A program made the position numbers and the translations under genes. From positions 1-57,532 of IMG/VR virus record IMGVR_UViG_3300017744_000007: a stretch of 57,532 nt of DNA; one strand, 5' to 3'. This document shows, in pieces, positions 36,289-46,519 of the stretch. The notes beneath the pieces are model-generated. The model was not told the DNA's origin and ran no database searches. It saw nothing but the letters and a program-made list of their open reading frames with translations. Numbering within the stretch: the stretch's first letter is position 1; each line of letters starts with the position of its first letter. The DNA is from a virus. Its lineage: Duplodnaviria > Caudoviricetes.

Positions 36289-37788
36289 ATGAAAACATTT
36301 AATGGTACTTATGGGGTAAATACTGAAAAAAGCAACTCTCTTGTAGATAATCTTTTGAAGTACCCAGAAATTTCAAAAACATTGGTTCGTCAGCACCAAC
36401 GTTATTCTTTAACTTATTTATTAGAGCGTGCTGGCCGTTTCTCTAACGCAAAAGTATTGGCTGACAACTCTTACGAGTGGAAAGTATTAGGTAGAACTAA
36501 CAAACCTCTAGTAGGTCACGGTTTCTTTGACTTAAACGATACGGGTGCTTATACAGCAACTACTGACAACACACAAGATGTTGCAGATACTGCTAACGAA
36601 GTTTTTTACGCTACGTTTAAAGACAACTCTACAAATGGTCACTATGTTCTTTGTAACAGAAATGATGTTGTAAGATTTAAAGGTGGAGCAACTGCTTTGG
36701 TTTTAGCTGTTATTGCATCAGGTGATGAAACTGGAACAGGTATTACTGCTGGTGGCGGTTACAAAGTAGTTAAGTTTAGACTTATCTCTGGTGACGTTAA
36801 CGGTTCTGACCTTCATGGTGATGTTGTTGCTGGTACTATCGCTTCTGCTTACGGTGAAGCTTCTTTAGGTTCTACTGTAGGTCAAAACCAAGTTTACCCA
36901 GATACATACAAAAACTGGTTAACTATTTCTCGTAAGAAGAAAAAAGTTACTGGTGGACAACTATCTGACGTTACTTGGATTGAAAACAATGGACAGGCTT
37001 TATGGTACTTTACTGCTGAAGAATTAATGATTCAAGAGTTTATGTATCAATTAGAGCTTCAAAGATGGTACGGTGTACGTTCTGCTGGTTTAGGTGGTTC
37101 TGTGGGCGCTCCTGGTGAGAACACTGCTTCTACACTTACTGACGCTGACTCTTCTGTTGTACAGACTGGAGACGGTATCTTGGCTCAAATCACTGGTTCT
37201 AACGATGGTTCTTATAGCGGTTCTTTAACTGAAGAAAATTTAGTAGACTATATGGCTACTCTTTCTAAAAATGCTACTACTGCTGAAGGTATGGAGTACG
37301 TTGTAATGACAGGTACTGAAGGACGTAAGCAATTCCACAGAGCTATGAAAGATTTATTGGTAGGGCCTGGAACTTCGTCTAACGGAGCAGGTGGTGCTAT
37401 GATTTTTGATGCTCAAGCTGGACAAGATGTTGAATTAGGTGTAAACTTTACATCTTACAACGCTTTAGGTAATAAAATTACTATGGCTTACTGCCCAGCA
37501 TTTGATGACCCAAATCTACACGCTGACGCAAACGAAGGCGGAAAAATGGCTTTCTTAGACTTTTCTTCACAAGGTGATGGTTCAAACATTGAACTAGTTG
37601 CTAAAGGTGCTGAAGGGTACAACAGAAACTACATCCGTAAGTATGTACCAGGTATGGTTAATCCTTATGACTTTAAAGGTATGATGGCTGCTAATGGCGA
37701 TGATGCTTTTGAATGTCACGTAATGTCTGAATCAGGAATTATTGTAAGAAACCCACTTTCTTGTGGAATCTTTACAAAAACTTCGTAA
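36289..37788 (+). CDS. major capsid protein (crAss-like)
   Basis: 499 aa after the scaffold; YEW...G, N...I.RK, G.G.L.QI, TG..G...F, G....NP.S; strongly biased codons; followed by a terminator. Confidence 0.85.
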   Translation: MKTFNGTYGVNTEKSNSLVDNLLKYPEISKTLVRQHQRYSLTYLLERAGRFSNAKVLADNSYEWKVLGRTNKPLVGHGFFDLNDTGAYTATTDNTQDVADTANEVFYATFKDNSTNGHYVLCNRNDVVRFKGGATALVLAVIASGDETGTGITAGGGYKVVKFRLISGDVNGSDLHGDVVAGTIASAYGEASLGSTVGQNQVYPDTYKNWLTISRKKKKVTGGQLSDVTWIENNGQALWYFTAEELMIQEFMYQLELQRWYGVRSAGLGGSVGAPGENTASTLTDADSSVVQTGDGILAQITGSNDGSYSGSLTEENLVDYMATLSKNATTAEGMEYVVMTGTEGRKQFHRAMKDLLVGPGTSSNGAGGAMIFDAQAGQDVELGVNFTSYNALGNKITMAYCPAFDDPNLHADANEGGKMAFLDFSSQGDGSNIELVAKGAEGYNRNYIRKYVPGMVNPYDFKGMMAANGDDAFECHVMSESGIIVRNPLSCGIFTKTS

Positions 37789-37803
37789 TTCATATTACAC
37801 ACT

Positions 37804-37836
37804 AATTTGGGGGAGGTTAATTCCTCCCTCAATTTT
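37804..37836 (+). terminator. intrinsic terminator after MCP
   Basis: GGGAGG-TTAATT-CCTCCC stem with extendable flanks and a short T-run. Confidence 0.65.
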
Positions 37837-37867
37837 AGAACAGGTATTAACAAATTTTTAAATAATT

Positions 37868-38539
37868 ATGAAACATAGAGTACAATTATTAGTAGCACAC
37901 CCAAAAAGATTTTCTTCTTTAACGTTGTCTGACTACAAAGACGAAAAAGGTAGATACGTTAAATACGAAGACATTAATGGAGAAGCTCCAGGAACGTATA
38001 CAATTACAAAAACAAGCTTAGAGTTTGATTATGCAGATGAGCATGATAAAAAGTTAGTTGATTTTTTAAGAAATCATCCATTAAAAAGCTCTTATCATTT
38101 ACACGATTTAAAAGTAAACGAAGAAAAAGAAGTGGAAGCTTTATTATCTTCAGCTGACGCTATATTAGTTGCTTCTAAAATGGGAATGGTTGAGTCAAAC
38201 GATTTTGCTAGACTTTGCGGTATTCCTTTAGACGCAGACACAGACATTATTAAAGCTAGACTTATTAAAATGGCTAGCATAAGTTCAGACAAATTTATGG
38301 AGCTTTACACGCATCCAGAAAAAGAAGACATTGTTTTTATACGTAAGGCTATAGACAAAGGTATTATATCTAAAGATAGAGGCTCTTATAAGCATAACAG
38401 AGTAGTTATGGGCTTAACAGAAGAAGCTACTATTGTGTGGTTGAAGGAAAATGCCGATATTTACGCTTTAATGAAACAAGAGCTTAGAGGTAACGTAAGT
38501 GTTGAAATAAAACCAACTAAAAAAAGTAAAGTTAAATAA
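37868..38539 (+). CDS. conserved crAss-like post-capsid protein
   Basis: Position after MCP; KAI.KG.I....G.Y......G.T.E....WL motif. Confidence 0.6.
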   Translation: MKHRVQLLVAHPKRFSSLTLSDYKDEKGRYVKYEDINGEAPGTYTITKTSLEFDYADEHDKKLVDFLRNHPLKSSYHLHDLKVNEEKEVEALLSSADAILVASKMGMVESNDFARLCGIPLDADTDIIKARLIKMASISSDKFMELYTHPEKEDIVFIRKAIDKGIISKDRGSYKHNRVVMGLTEEATIVWLKENADIYALMKQELRGNVSVEIKPTKKSKVK

Positions 38540-39567
38540 TGACGTTTTTAGAAGCTCACAACTTAATGGACTTACTGCTTGATAAAGCAGACCAAGCATA
38601 TTTCACGACAGCCGAGAAAGATAAATTTCTTTCTATGGCTATTATGGAATGGTTTGAAGGATTAACTTCAGACTATTTGGAAAATGCAGGACAAGAAAGT
38701 CATGAGGGCGGTAAATTTGTTCAAAGCACAGAAAGAACTTTTAAAGAAGATGGTGTAATAAATCTTGCTAATTCGACAAAAGAAATTACGCCACATCCAC
38801 TTATTTGGGCAACAGGAGTTGTTTATCCTTTTTACAAATTAATTAATCTTAGAGTTAAAACTGTTAATGGTAACTGGGAGAAAGTAAATCCTATGAATCC
38901 TGGAACTTTAGCTCTTGAAGATATTAAAGACCCTTTTAACACTCCCGCTGTTGGAGATAGGGTTTATAATTATCATGAAAACAAACTTAAAATATTTCCA
39001 AGCACAGATTTAGTTGCCAATGATGCTTTAGTTAGTTTTACCATAGGTAGTGGTGGTGCTGCTGGAACAGTTGCATCAGTATCAATAATTGATGGAGGGG
39101 CTGGATACGCTTCAGCACCAGCAGTAACATCTAGGGATAATAGTTCTTCTACAGGAGCAGTTTTTACGGCAACTATAAATGGTAGCGGAACTGTTACAGG
39201 TGTTGCTATTGACAATGCTGGAGCTGGTTCTGATATGTCTAGCGGTAGGTTGAAAATTGATGAAAGTCCTACTTCTGCTAAATTTCAAATGAATTACTTT
39301 ACATACCCATTGCTGTCTAATGTAGCTGGAGGAAATAATGGCGGAACATCTGCTGAAACTATAGCAACCTCTAACGCTCAGTTAGGAGCAACAACAATGG
39401 CTTATGCTCCATACGAGTGGTCTGATGGAGGAAGTGCTATAAAAAACCTAGGAGCTTCACCAAGAGAAGCAGACAATATTATAAGAATAGCTGTAAGAAT
39501 GATGACTGCAAACATAGAAAGCCCTCTTTACCAAACTAATTCAATCGAAGGGAAACGAAGTGAATAA
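38539..39567 (+). CDS. head-tail connector / ring protein with an inserted Gly-rich domain
   Basis: N-terminal D.LLDK....YF...EKD.FL..A and C-terminal I..IAV..M; synteny with crAss-like ring genes. Confidence 0.65.
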   Translation: MTFLEAHNLMDLLLDKADQAYFTTAEKDKFLSMAIMEWFEGLTSDYLENAGQESHEGGKFVQSTERTFKEDGVINLANSTKEITPHPLIWATGVVYPFYKLINLRVKTVNGNWEKVNPMNPGTLALEDIKDPFNTPAVGDRVYNYHENKLKIFPSTDLVANDALVSFTIGSGGAAGTVASVSIIDGGAGYASAPAVTSRDNSSSTGAVFTATINGSGTVTGVAIDNAGAGSDMSSGRLKIDESPTSAKFQMNYFTYPLLSNVAGGNNGGTSAETIATSNAQLGATTMAYAPYEWSDGGSAIKNLGASPREADNIIRIAVRMMTANIESPLYQTNSIEGKRSE

Positions 39568-39603
39568 AAATATTAAAGAGGCTCTTTTTGTTTCTCCTTG
39601 TTC

Positions 39604-39646
39604 GAAAGTAGGTGGATTCACTATCAGTGATGAAGCCTATTTTCAT
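39604..39646 (+). terminator. long hairpin after the ring gene
   Basis: GAAAGTAGGT/GCCTATTTTC outer stem with inner TCACT/AGTGA, then T-rich sequence. Confidence 0.5.
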
Positions 39647-39656
39647 TTAATTTAAT

Positions 39657-39664
39657 TAACTTTG
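39657..39664 (+). promoter_or_regulatory. Bacteroidota -7 promoter box TAACTTTG
   Basis: 4 nt before the ATG at 39669. Confidence 0.7.
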
Positions 39665-39668
39665 CAAT

Positions 39669-40328
39669 ATGGCAACTTTACGTGAAATAGTATACAATAT
39701 AAAAAACATAGCTGAAGGAGGCGCTTCTCTTACAGAAGACTCTAAAATTTCTGACTCTCAAGTAGAATTTTTAGTTCACGCATATAGAGCTGAAGCTCTT
39801 ATTCAATACACTAATTCTGGTAGAAGCGTACACCCTCAGACTTTACAGAATTTTAAACATACATCAACAACAGACAACAATTCATTTGTAGACTTTCCTT
39901 CTGTAATTAACTTTAATGAAAATAGAGCTGTTAAGAGTATAGTTTTTTATGATTCTAGTGCTGGTACATCAGAATATGTAGAAGTTGGAACAAAAGGTGC
40001 TGCGGCTTATTTAAGCGGTAATAGATTTACTTCTGGAAAAAAATCTGCAAGAATACAAGATGGTAGACTTTATTTTTCAAATTTTCGTTTGGATACTGGA
40101 GATTACATACAAATAGCTGCTATATATTTTAATCCAACAGAAATTACTACAAACGAAGGGTTGTTTGATAAAGACACAAGCATATATCCTTTGCCTCCTG
40201 AATTAATTACAACTTTAACTCAGGAAATATTAGCTAAAGAATATCGTGTAATAATGGCAACACCAAGAGATAAAGAAATAGATGGAGAAGCACCAACGGA
40301 AGTACAAAGACAAATACGTCAGCGTTAA
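39669..40328 (+). CDS. tail ring / structural protein (crAss-like)
   Basis: MATL.EI.Y.I...S.SQ..F....YRA; F.NP.E and YP.P motifs; synteny. Confidence 0.7.
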   Translation: MATLREIVYNIKNIAEGGASLTEDSKISDSQVEFLVHAYRAEALIQYTNSGRSVHPQTLQNFKHTSTTDNNSFVDFPSVINFNENRAVKSIVFYDSSAGTSEYVEVGTKGAAAYLSGNRFTSGKKSARIQDGRLYFSNFRLDTGDYIQIAAIYFNPTEITTNEGLFDKDTSIYPLPPELITTLTQEILAKEYRVIMATPRDKEIDGEAPTEVQRQIRQR

Positions 40329-40701
40329 GGATATTTATAACTCTATAAAAGGAGATATAGAAAAAATAAGTTATAGTGGTTTTTACAGTATAATAAAAAC
40401 GTTTTTTGAAGAGTTAATACACGAATTGGTTGTTGAAAAAGCAACAGTTACATTGCCAGCAAGATTTGGTAAGGTATATATAAAGAAAATGCTACAAAAA
40501 AGAGCTTTTCATTATAGGTGTAATATTAACGAAGTTGATGAGCAAGGAAACAAAGTAACATATAAAGTGCCAATACTAAACGACTACTATTATAAGTTGG
40601 TTTGGTTAAGGCCTAAAAAATATAAAATGGCAAAAATTAATCCAATGGGATTTTTTAAAAAAGCCATTAATAATGAATTAAACAAAGGTAACGACTTTTA
40701 A
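40282..40701 (+). CDS. IHF-like protein of the crAss-like tail module
   Basis: II..FF...I......LP.RFG...I.K; lies between ring genes. Confidence 0.65.
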   Translation: MEKHQRKYKDKYVSVKDIYNSIKGDIEKISYSGFYSIIKTFFEELIHELVVEKATVTLPARFGKVYIKKMLQKRAFHYRCNINEVDEQGNKVTYKVPILNDYYYKLVWLRPKKYKMAKINPMGFFKKAINNELNKGNDF

Positions 40702-40703
40702 AT

Positions 40704-41360
40704 ATGAATTTTGTATCTATCAAACGAGTATTAGCTTCAGTAACTAGAAACTTAGGTATTGATGTTTTAGACAAAGAACAGAGTATAATAGAATGGGCTT
40801 TTGAAGCAGAAAAGTTTATTGGAGGCTTAAAGTCTTTTATACAAACAGAAGAAAATGTAACTATAGCTTCTAATAGAGCTGCATTGCCCTCTAACATAGT
40901 TAAGGTTCTTTCTGTATCTAATAGCAGTTCTATAATGAAACCAACTCATGCTCACTTTAGAGGAAATCCTGTAGGGGTAGATGCAGACACCGACAACATG
41001 GTGACTGGAGACAGGTATTATATACAAGATGGATATATAAACGCAAAGCTTGATGACGGGGTAGTTCTTACCTTATCTGTGCTTACAATACCTTTAGACG
41101 ATAATGGATACCCTAAAATTAATGACGCTCACATTGAGGCGGTTGTAGCTTATTGTATGTGGATGATTAAAAATATAGATTACTATAATGGTAAAGTTCC
41201 TCGATACGTTGTAGACGATTTACAAAAAAGATGGTTCTTTCTATGTGGACAAGCGAGAGGTATTGATGGAATGCCAAGCTCTCAGGAGCTTTCTGAGATA
41301 GGTAAGTATTGGAACACTTTAATTCCAATAAAGTCTTCTAACGGTCTTAAAAATCACTAA
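40704..41360 (+). CDS. tail tubular / ring protein
   Basis: IEW..EA..FIG, A.LP, P.DD.GYP.I, EA...Y, W...C.QA. Confidence 0.72.
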   Translation: MNFVSIKRVLASVTRNLGIDVLDKEQSIIEWAFEAEKFIGGLKSFIQTEENVTIASNRAALPSNIVKVLSVSNSSSIMKPTHAHFRGNPVGVDADTDNMVTGDRYYIQDGYINAKLDDGVVLTLSVLTIPLDDNGYPKINDAHIEAVVAYCMWMIKNIDYYNGKVPRYVVDDLQKRWFFLCGQARGIDGMPSSQELSEIGKYWNTLIPIKSSNGLKNH

Positions 41361-41362
41361 TA

Positions 41363-44300
41363 ATGCCAAAAGCAAAACCAAATACATTTCAGGCTGGACT
41401 TAACATGGATGTTGACCCAAGAATGCAGCCTCCAGGCACATACAGGGACGCAAATAACATTAAAATAGTTGGACTTGAAGGAAATACATTTTCTGTAGAA
41501 AACTTTAAAGGTCAAACAGAAAGAATTGATACTGGACTTACAGATGGTAATATTGTAGGTTATTATTCTTTTGCAGATAAAATTGTTTTAATTCACGTAG
41601 ACGGAATTACAGCATCAACTTCTACTACAAAGATTTTTATGTTTACTAAAAATGATGACGATTCTTTTACTAGTGAAACAAATTCTGTTGGTGCTGCAAC
41701 CCACTTGTATTCTGCTGCTTTGAATATGACAGAAACACAGCCAGTAAAAATTGTAGGTTCTTATGAAAATAAATCAACAAGAAGAATTTACTGGACTGAC
41801 AATATAAACCCAGTAAGGTCTATGAACTTAGAGCTTAAAGTCTATGAATTAGAATACTATCCAATAACAATTACTCAGTTACCTATAAATAATTTAGAAC
41901 TGTTGCCTTCTGTAAAACCACAAAGCCCATATTTAGCAGGCGTTGTAGGAGGCTCTTTAAAAGTTGGTGCTTATCAGTATTGCGTAAAGTATATTACTCA
42001 GGATGGTGCAGAAACAGCAGCTTTACCTTTGTCTGGACTTTATCATACTACGGCTAATACAGGAGCTTATAAAAACTTTATGGGTTCTCCTCAAGGAATA
42101 GACTCTACAATGGGTTTAACCTTAAGGCTTGACAATGTAGATTCAACTTTTGAAAGAGCAAAACTTTTTGCTATTTTTTACGAACAACTTAATGGCACAC
42201 AAAAAGTGTATCTTGTTTCTGACAGACTTGTAGACGGCTCAAACTCTATAACCTTTACTCATAGTAGAATTGAAAGTGATAGCGAAGTCTCTATTAACGA
42301 AATACTTGAGCCTAAAAATACTTTTGATGTAGCAAAAGATTTAGCAATCAAAGACAATATTTTATTTGCTGTAAACACAAGAAAAAGAGACGCTTTTGTA
42401 AGTTCTGATGAGTTTAATCCTACCCTAGAAAGGTGGAACAGTACTACAGGGAATAAAAAAGCTACAAGGTATTTGTTAAACGGAGAGTATGTAAGGGCTA
42501 ATCAAGATGTAAATAATTATAGATTTTTGCCTCAAACTTATCATGTTAAATATTCTAAAAATTTAAGCTCATCTACTCCTACAACTCAATCAGTTTTGTA
42601 TCAACCAAAAAACGATGGCTTTACACTAGGTACGCCTGTTGAAGAAACTTTTAGTTCTGGCGTAGACTTTGAAAATTTAACTATATTTTCTTCTGCAAAG
42701 TATATTAATGCAGGAGGTAATGACAGCGTAAAAAATTATGAAGCTACAGATAAGTTTAAATATCACTGGAGAATAAAAGTAGATACAACAGGAGATGGAA
42801 CTTATAATAAGTTTTATAATAGTGCTGGAAACTGGCAAGACACATCAACTACACACGTTGTAAACGGAGGAGAAGTAGGTGAAGGTAATTTTGGTAATGG
42901 TCAAGGAGCTACTGGATATATGACTTCCTGGGATAATATTGGACTCACAATTACAAATGTTCCTACTGGAGTTAGAAAATTATTTATAGAGCTAGACGAG
43001 GTTGATATTATAACAAGCGACAACATCAATCTTAATCTTGTTACATCTCACACTTACACTTACTTTCTTCAATCTATTACAATTACCGCTGATGAATTAA
43101 GTTCTACAGGAGGCTACAGTTATAGCTTAAATGAAACTGTAGACGCTAGTGAAGTAAATCAAGTAAGTGGTAAGTCAAGAGTTTTAGGCGCAATGTCTCC
43201 TGGTTACAACTCTGGAGCTGGAGTAAGACTTTCATTTAAAACAATTCCAAAAGTTTCAGATGAAGTAAAAGGTCAAGCTTCAGAACCACCCTACATACAA
43301 ACTAATGATAGTATAACATCTGTTGATATATGCAACGTTGACGCAAAAGTTTTTTCTAGCACCACATCTTCTGGCAATAAAGACCCTCAAATGCTTACTT
43401 TAAAAGGCTACAAAAGAGGAGAAATATATAGATTGGGTGTGTTGTTTTTTGATAAAAAAGGAAACCCAATAAACACCTTGTGGATGGGAGATGTCCAAAT
43501 GCCTGAGCATGGAGATAGAAATTTACAATTAGAATTAGGAGTTGTACAACAATCAAAAAATGATGAAAATCCAGTAAGTATAACTACAACTGTTGCTTCT
43601 CCACCAAAAATAAATGGTAATGTTTGCGCAGAAGACTATAGGCTTGATGTGGTAGACGGCATAGCTGTCCCTGGACACGTTAAATTACCTAATTTTGCTC
43701 ATAACGGGGTTTCTAATTTTAACGCAACTCATAATAGCGCAAGAAATTTTTTATATCCAATTACAGACACGGACTCAGCTTCACAGCGTACTTTTAAACA
43801 CTACACTATGGACTTAGCTATAGTGTGCGAGTTTAAGTTTCCCCAGTCTGTTTTAGATAAAATATCAGGATTTCAAGTAGTAAGAGCCGAAAGAAGTATG
43901 CAAGACGCATCTGTAATGCAGTCTGGACTTTTTAGAGAGGCAGCCAACTTTATATTTAATGATGAAGGAACTTCTGACGCTCTTAAAAATGAAGCAGAAG
44001 GAAACATAGGTGGTACTAATGAGGCTAATAGAATTTTAGTTAATGAAAAGCTAGAAGACTTTAGAGCAAAGTATGGAGTAGCAGAACACATTTTTTACGA
44101 TGAGCATGATGAAACTAACGATAGCGAGCCTACGTCTTTTGTTTTTGGTTCTTCATACACACAAAACTATTCAGACACAAGTGCTGTAAGAAATAGATTT
44201 TGGGGTGTTCCAAACATAGGTGTAGTTTATAGCCCAGATAGTCTTTTTGGTGTTTATCCATACAAACACTCATCAACCGACAGAATAAAAACCGTATCTA

Positions 44301-46519
44301 CATTAAGTCTTAAAGACAACATTCAGTTTCAATCAACACAAGCTTATACGTTTGGAAATACAACTGCTGGAAATAGATTTTATGGAGAAAAAGTTGTTAA
44401 TCCAACAGATGGTCAGATTAAATATTTTGGAAAAACATATACTGTAGATGCACAGTTTTCAATTTTAGCAGAACAAACATTTAGCAATGGAGACTCTGCA
44501 ATTAAAGCTTATAACAATAACGGCAATTTTGGTAGTTACTTTTTTGACATAAGCGCTAGTAATCCTACTGGTAGTAATGATGCAAAACTTCTATACGCTA
44601 GAAGTATTCTTTTAGACCAGGCAGAGGAAATTTTAGAAGGAGACACTACTAGAGTTAATAAATACAATAAGAATTTTATTAACATGACTTATGGTAACGT
44701 AAGGGCAGCAGGACTAACTCCAGAAGGAGCTACTGATGATGATGATACTACATATACAAGTTATTTTGAATCTTATTTAGTTGACTCGGCATCAACTTCT
44801 TATCTAAAGGTAAAAAGTGTACAAAAAGGTAATAAAGGAATATTTGTTTCTCCTTCTGGTATGCCAAGAATACCTAACCTTAATAGACTTATTTTAGGTG
44901 ATGGTAATTTGCTATGGCCTAACTCTTATAGACACAAAAAGAATCCTTATATGTTACTTGTAGACATAGTTAAAAGTAGCTCTGAAAGAGAGTCTATGTA
45001 TGGTGGAGTAACAAATGACTCTTTGTTTAACACAAGATACATTAAAGCTGGAGAATTTACTAAGGTAGTTGTTCCTGGACATACTATAAACACAAATTTT
45101 AAAATGACTGTTCATGGTGGAGATGTATTTACATCTATTTTTTCTCATCAATTAACAATGTCTCATTATCATCCAGACGGTTCTGCCGCTAAGTTTATAA
45201 CGTTTCCTGTAGAGTCAAGAGTTAATCCAGACATGAGAAGTGGATTTCATTTACAAGCAGGTAAAGCTGAAGCTGGATTTTTTCCTGATGTAATACCAAA
45301 TAAAAACGACTTATTATACAATTCTGTTTACAGTCAAGAGCCAAGCTTTAAAGGCTATATATCTGTAGACGAATCAAAAAAAGCTATAGACTTAGACCAA
45401 CCTGTTCAAGTTGCATACAGCAAAAGCAAAGTTTCTGGAGAATTAGAAGATTCTTATAGACAATTTCCTGTTGTGCAGTTTCACGATTTAGATAATGATG
45501 CTGGTGAAATAAACTCTATAGTTAATTTTAGAGACAATTTATATTGTTTACAAGACTCAGGATTTGCAAAATTATTTATTAATAGTAGAGCTTTAATTGG
45601 AGGAGCAGAAGGAATTTTAATTGGCTCTGCTAATACTATTGAAAATCACTCTTATATATCAAAACAATACGGAAGCATACATAGAGAAGGGGTTTTATCT
45701 ACAGATAATGCTTTGTATTTTATAGATGCAAAAAACTCGAAGATACATAGGTTTACTGATAGGCTTGAAAGCATTTCTGATAAAGGAGTGATGAAGTTTA
45801 TGAATGACACAATTTCTTCCACGTCTACTTTTAAGTCTAAAAAGCCTAATACTACATACCCAAGAATACAAGACTCGCAACAACATTTTGCTAGTGATGC
45901 TAAAGGTGTAAGTATAGGTTATGACCAAAAAGAAAAAAGAGTAATATTTACTTTTTCTGATAAAACTGGAAGCACTGTTAATAAAATATCTATTGCTTAC
46001 AACGAGTATATCAATGCTTTTGAAAGTAAATCAAACGCAACTCCACCTTTGTGGATTATGCACCAAGGTAATTTGTATTCTCATGGTAGAATAAATGAAA
46101 ATATAGGTAATGGTAATGCTGCTTGCAGTAAGGTTTACGAATTTGACAAAGACGCTTCTAACTATGGTAAAATATTTACAAGTACTTATGAGCAAGACAT
46201 AGAAATTATAGTAAATGATGGAGCTGTAAATAGTAAAAAGTTTGATGCTGTTGAGGTTATAGGTGATACTGATAATAGCGGAACTGTAAGTTTAACTGGA
46301 GCAGCTTTTAGTACAGACAAAACAGCAGAACAAACCACTACATTTGCTAGTGATTTAATACACACACTTAGAGAAGGTATACTTAACTTTCCACTAAGAG
46401 GTAAGACGGCAGCAAAAAGGCTTGTTGGTACTTACGCTAAAATAAAACTTAAAAATAACAATAACACTAAATTTAGTATCTTTGCGATAGTAGCTAAAAT
46501 TAGACAATCTTTTAAATAA
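41363..46519 (+). CDS. tail stabilisation / muzzle protein (crAss-like), 1718 aa
   Basis: NTF..GLN.D..P......Y.DA.N, YWTDN.NP.R..N, G.YQY...Y, GYKRGE.YR.G..F, GGD.F, YS..K..GE..DS, RL.G.Y.KI.L. Confidence 0.82.
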   Translation: MPKAKPNTFQAGLNMDVDPRMQPPGTYRDANNIKIVGLEGNTFSVENFKGQTERIDTGLTDGNIVGYYSFADKIVLIHVDGITASTSTTKIFMFTKNDDDSFTSETNSVGAATHLYSAALNMTETQPVKIVGSYENKSTRRIYWTDNINPVRSMNLELKVYELEYYPITITQLPINNLELLPSVKPQSPYLAGVVGGSLKVGAYQYCVKYITQDGAETAALPLSGLYHTTANTGAYKNFMGSPQGIDSTMGLTLRLDNVDSTFERAKLFAIFYEQLNGTQKVYLVSDRLVDGSNSITFTHSRIESDSEVSINEILEPKNTFDVAKDLAIKDNILFAVNTRKRDAFVSSDEFNPTLERWNSTTGNKKATRYLLNGEYVRANQDVNNYRFLPQTYHVKYSKNLSSSTPTTQSVLYQPKNDGFTLGTPVEETFSSGVDFENLTIFSSAKYINAGGNDSVKNYEATDKFKYHWRIKVDTTGDGTYNKFYNSAGNWQDTSTTHVVNGGEVGEGNFGNGQGATGYMTSWDNIGLTITNVPTGVRKLFIELDEVDIITSDNINLNLVTSHTYTYFLQSITITADELSSTGGYSYSLNETVDASEVNQVSGKSRVLGAMSPGYNSGAGVRLSFKTIPKVSDEVKGQASEPPYIQTNDSITSVDICNVDAKVFSSTTSSGNKDPQMLTLKGYKRGEIYRLGVLFFDKKGNPINTLWMGDVQMPEHGDRNLQLELGVVQQSKNDENPVSITTTVASPPKINGNVCAEDYRLDVVDGIAVPGHVKLPNFAHNGVSNFNATHNSARNFLYPITDTDSASQRTFKHYTMDLAIVCEFKFPQSVLDKISGFQVVRAERSMQDASVMQSGLFREAANFIFNDEGTSDALKNEAEGNIGGTNEANRILVNEKLEDFRAKYGVAEHIFYDEHDETNDSEPTSFVFGSSYTQNYSDTSAVRNRFWGVPNIGVVYSPDSLFGVYPYKHSSTDRIKTVSTLSLKDNIQFQSTQAYTFGNTTAGNRFYGEKVVNPTDGQIKYFGKTYTVDAQFSILAEQTFSNGDSAIKAYNNNGNFGSYFFDISASNPTGSNDAKLLYARSILLDQAEEILEGDTTRVNKYNKNFINMTYGNVRAAGLTPEGATDDDDTTYTSYFESYLVDSASTSYLKVKSVQKGNKGIFVSPSGMPRIPNLNRLILGDGNLLWPNSYRHKKNPYMLLVDIVKSSSERESMYGGVTNDSLFNTRYIKAGEFTKVVVPGHTINTNFKMTVHGGDVFTSIFSHQLTMSHYHPDGSAAKFITFPVESRVNPDMRSGFHLQAGKAEAGFFPDVIPNKNDLLYNSVYSQEPSFKGYISVDESKKAIDLDQPVQVAYSKSKVSGELEDSYRQFPVVQFHDLDNDAGEINSIVNFRDNLYCLQDSGFAKLFINSRALIGGAEGILIGSANTIENHSYISKQYGSIHREGVLSTDNALYFIDAKNSKIHRFTDRLESISDKGVMKFMNDTISSTSTFKSKKPNTTYPRIQDSQQHFASDAKGVSIGYDQKEKRVIFTFSDKTGSTVNKISIAYNEYINAFESKSNATPPLWIMHQGNLYSHGRINENIGNGNAACSKVYEFDKDASNYGKIFTSTYEQDIEIIVNDGAVNSKKFDAVEVIGDTDNSGTVSLTGAAFSTDKTAEQTTTFASDLIHTLREGILNFPLRGKTAAKRLVGTYAKIKLKNNNNTKFSIFAIVAKIRQSFK
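46477..46484 (+). promoter_or_regulatory. Bacteroidota -7 promoter box TATCTTTG (cargo genes)
   Basis: Inside the 3' end of the muzzle gene, 34 nt before the ATG at 46519. Confidence 0.5.

Noticed and set aside
36160-36291. Stop-codon readthrough fusing scaffold and MCP (same frame, structure directly after TAG)
   Set aside because: A second in-frame stop (TGA at 36190-36192) intervenes.
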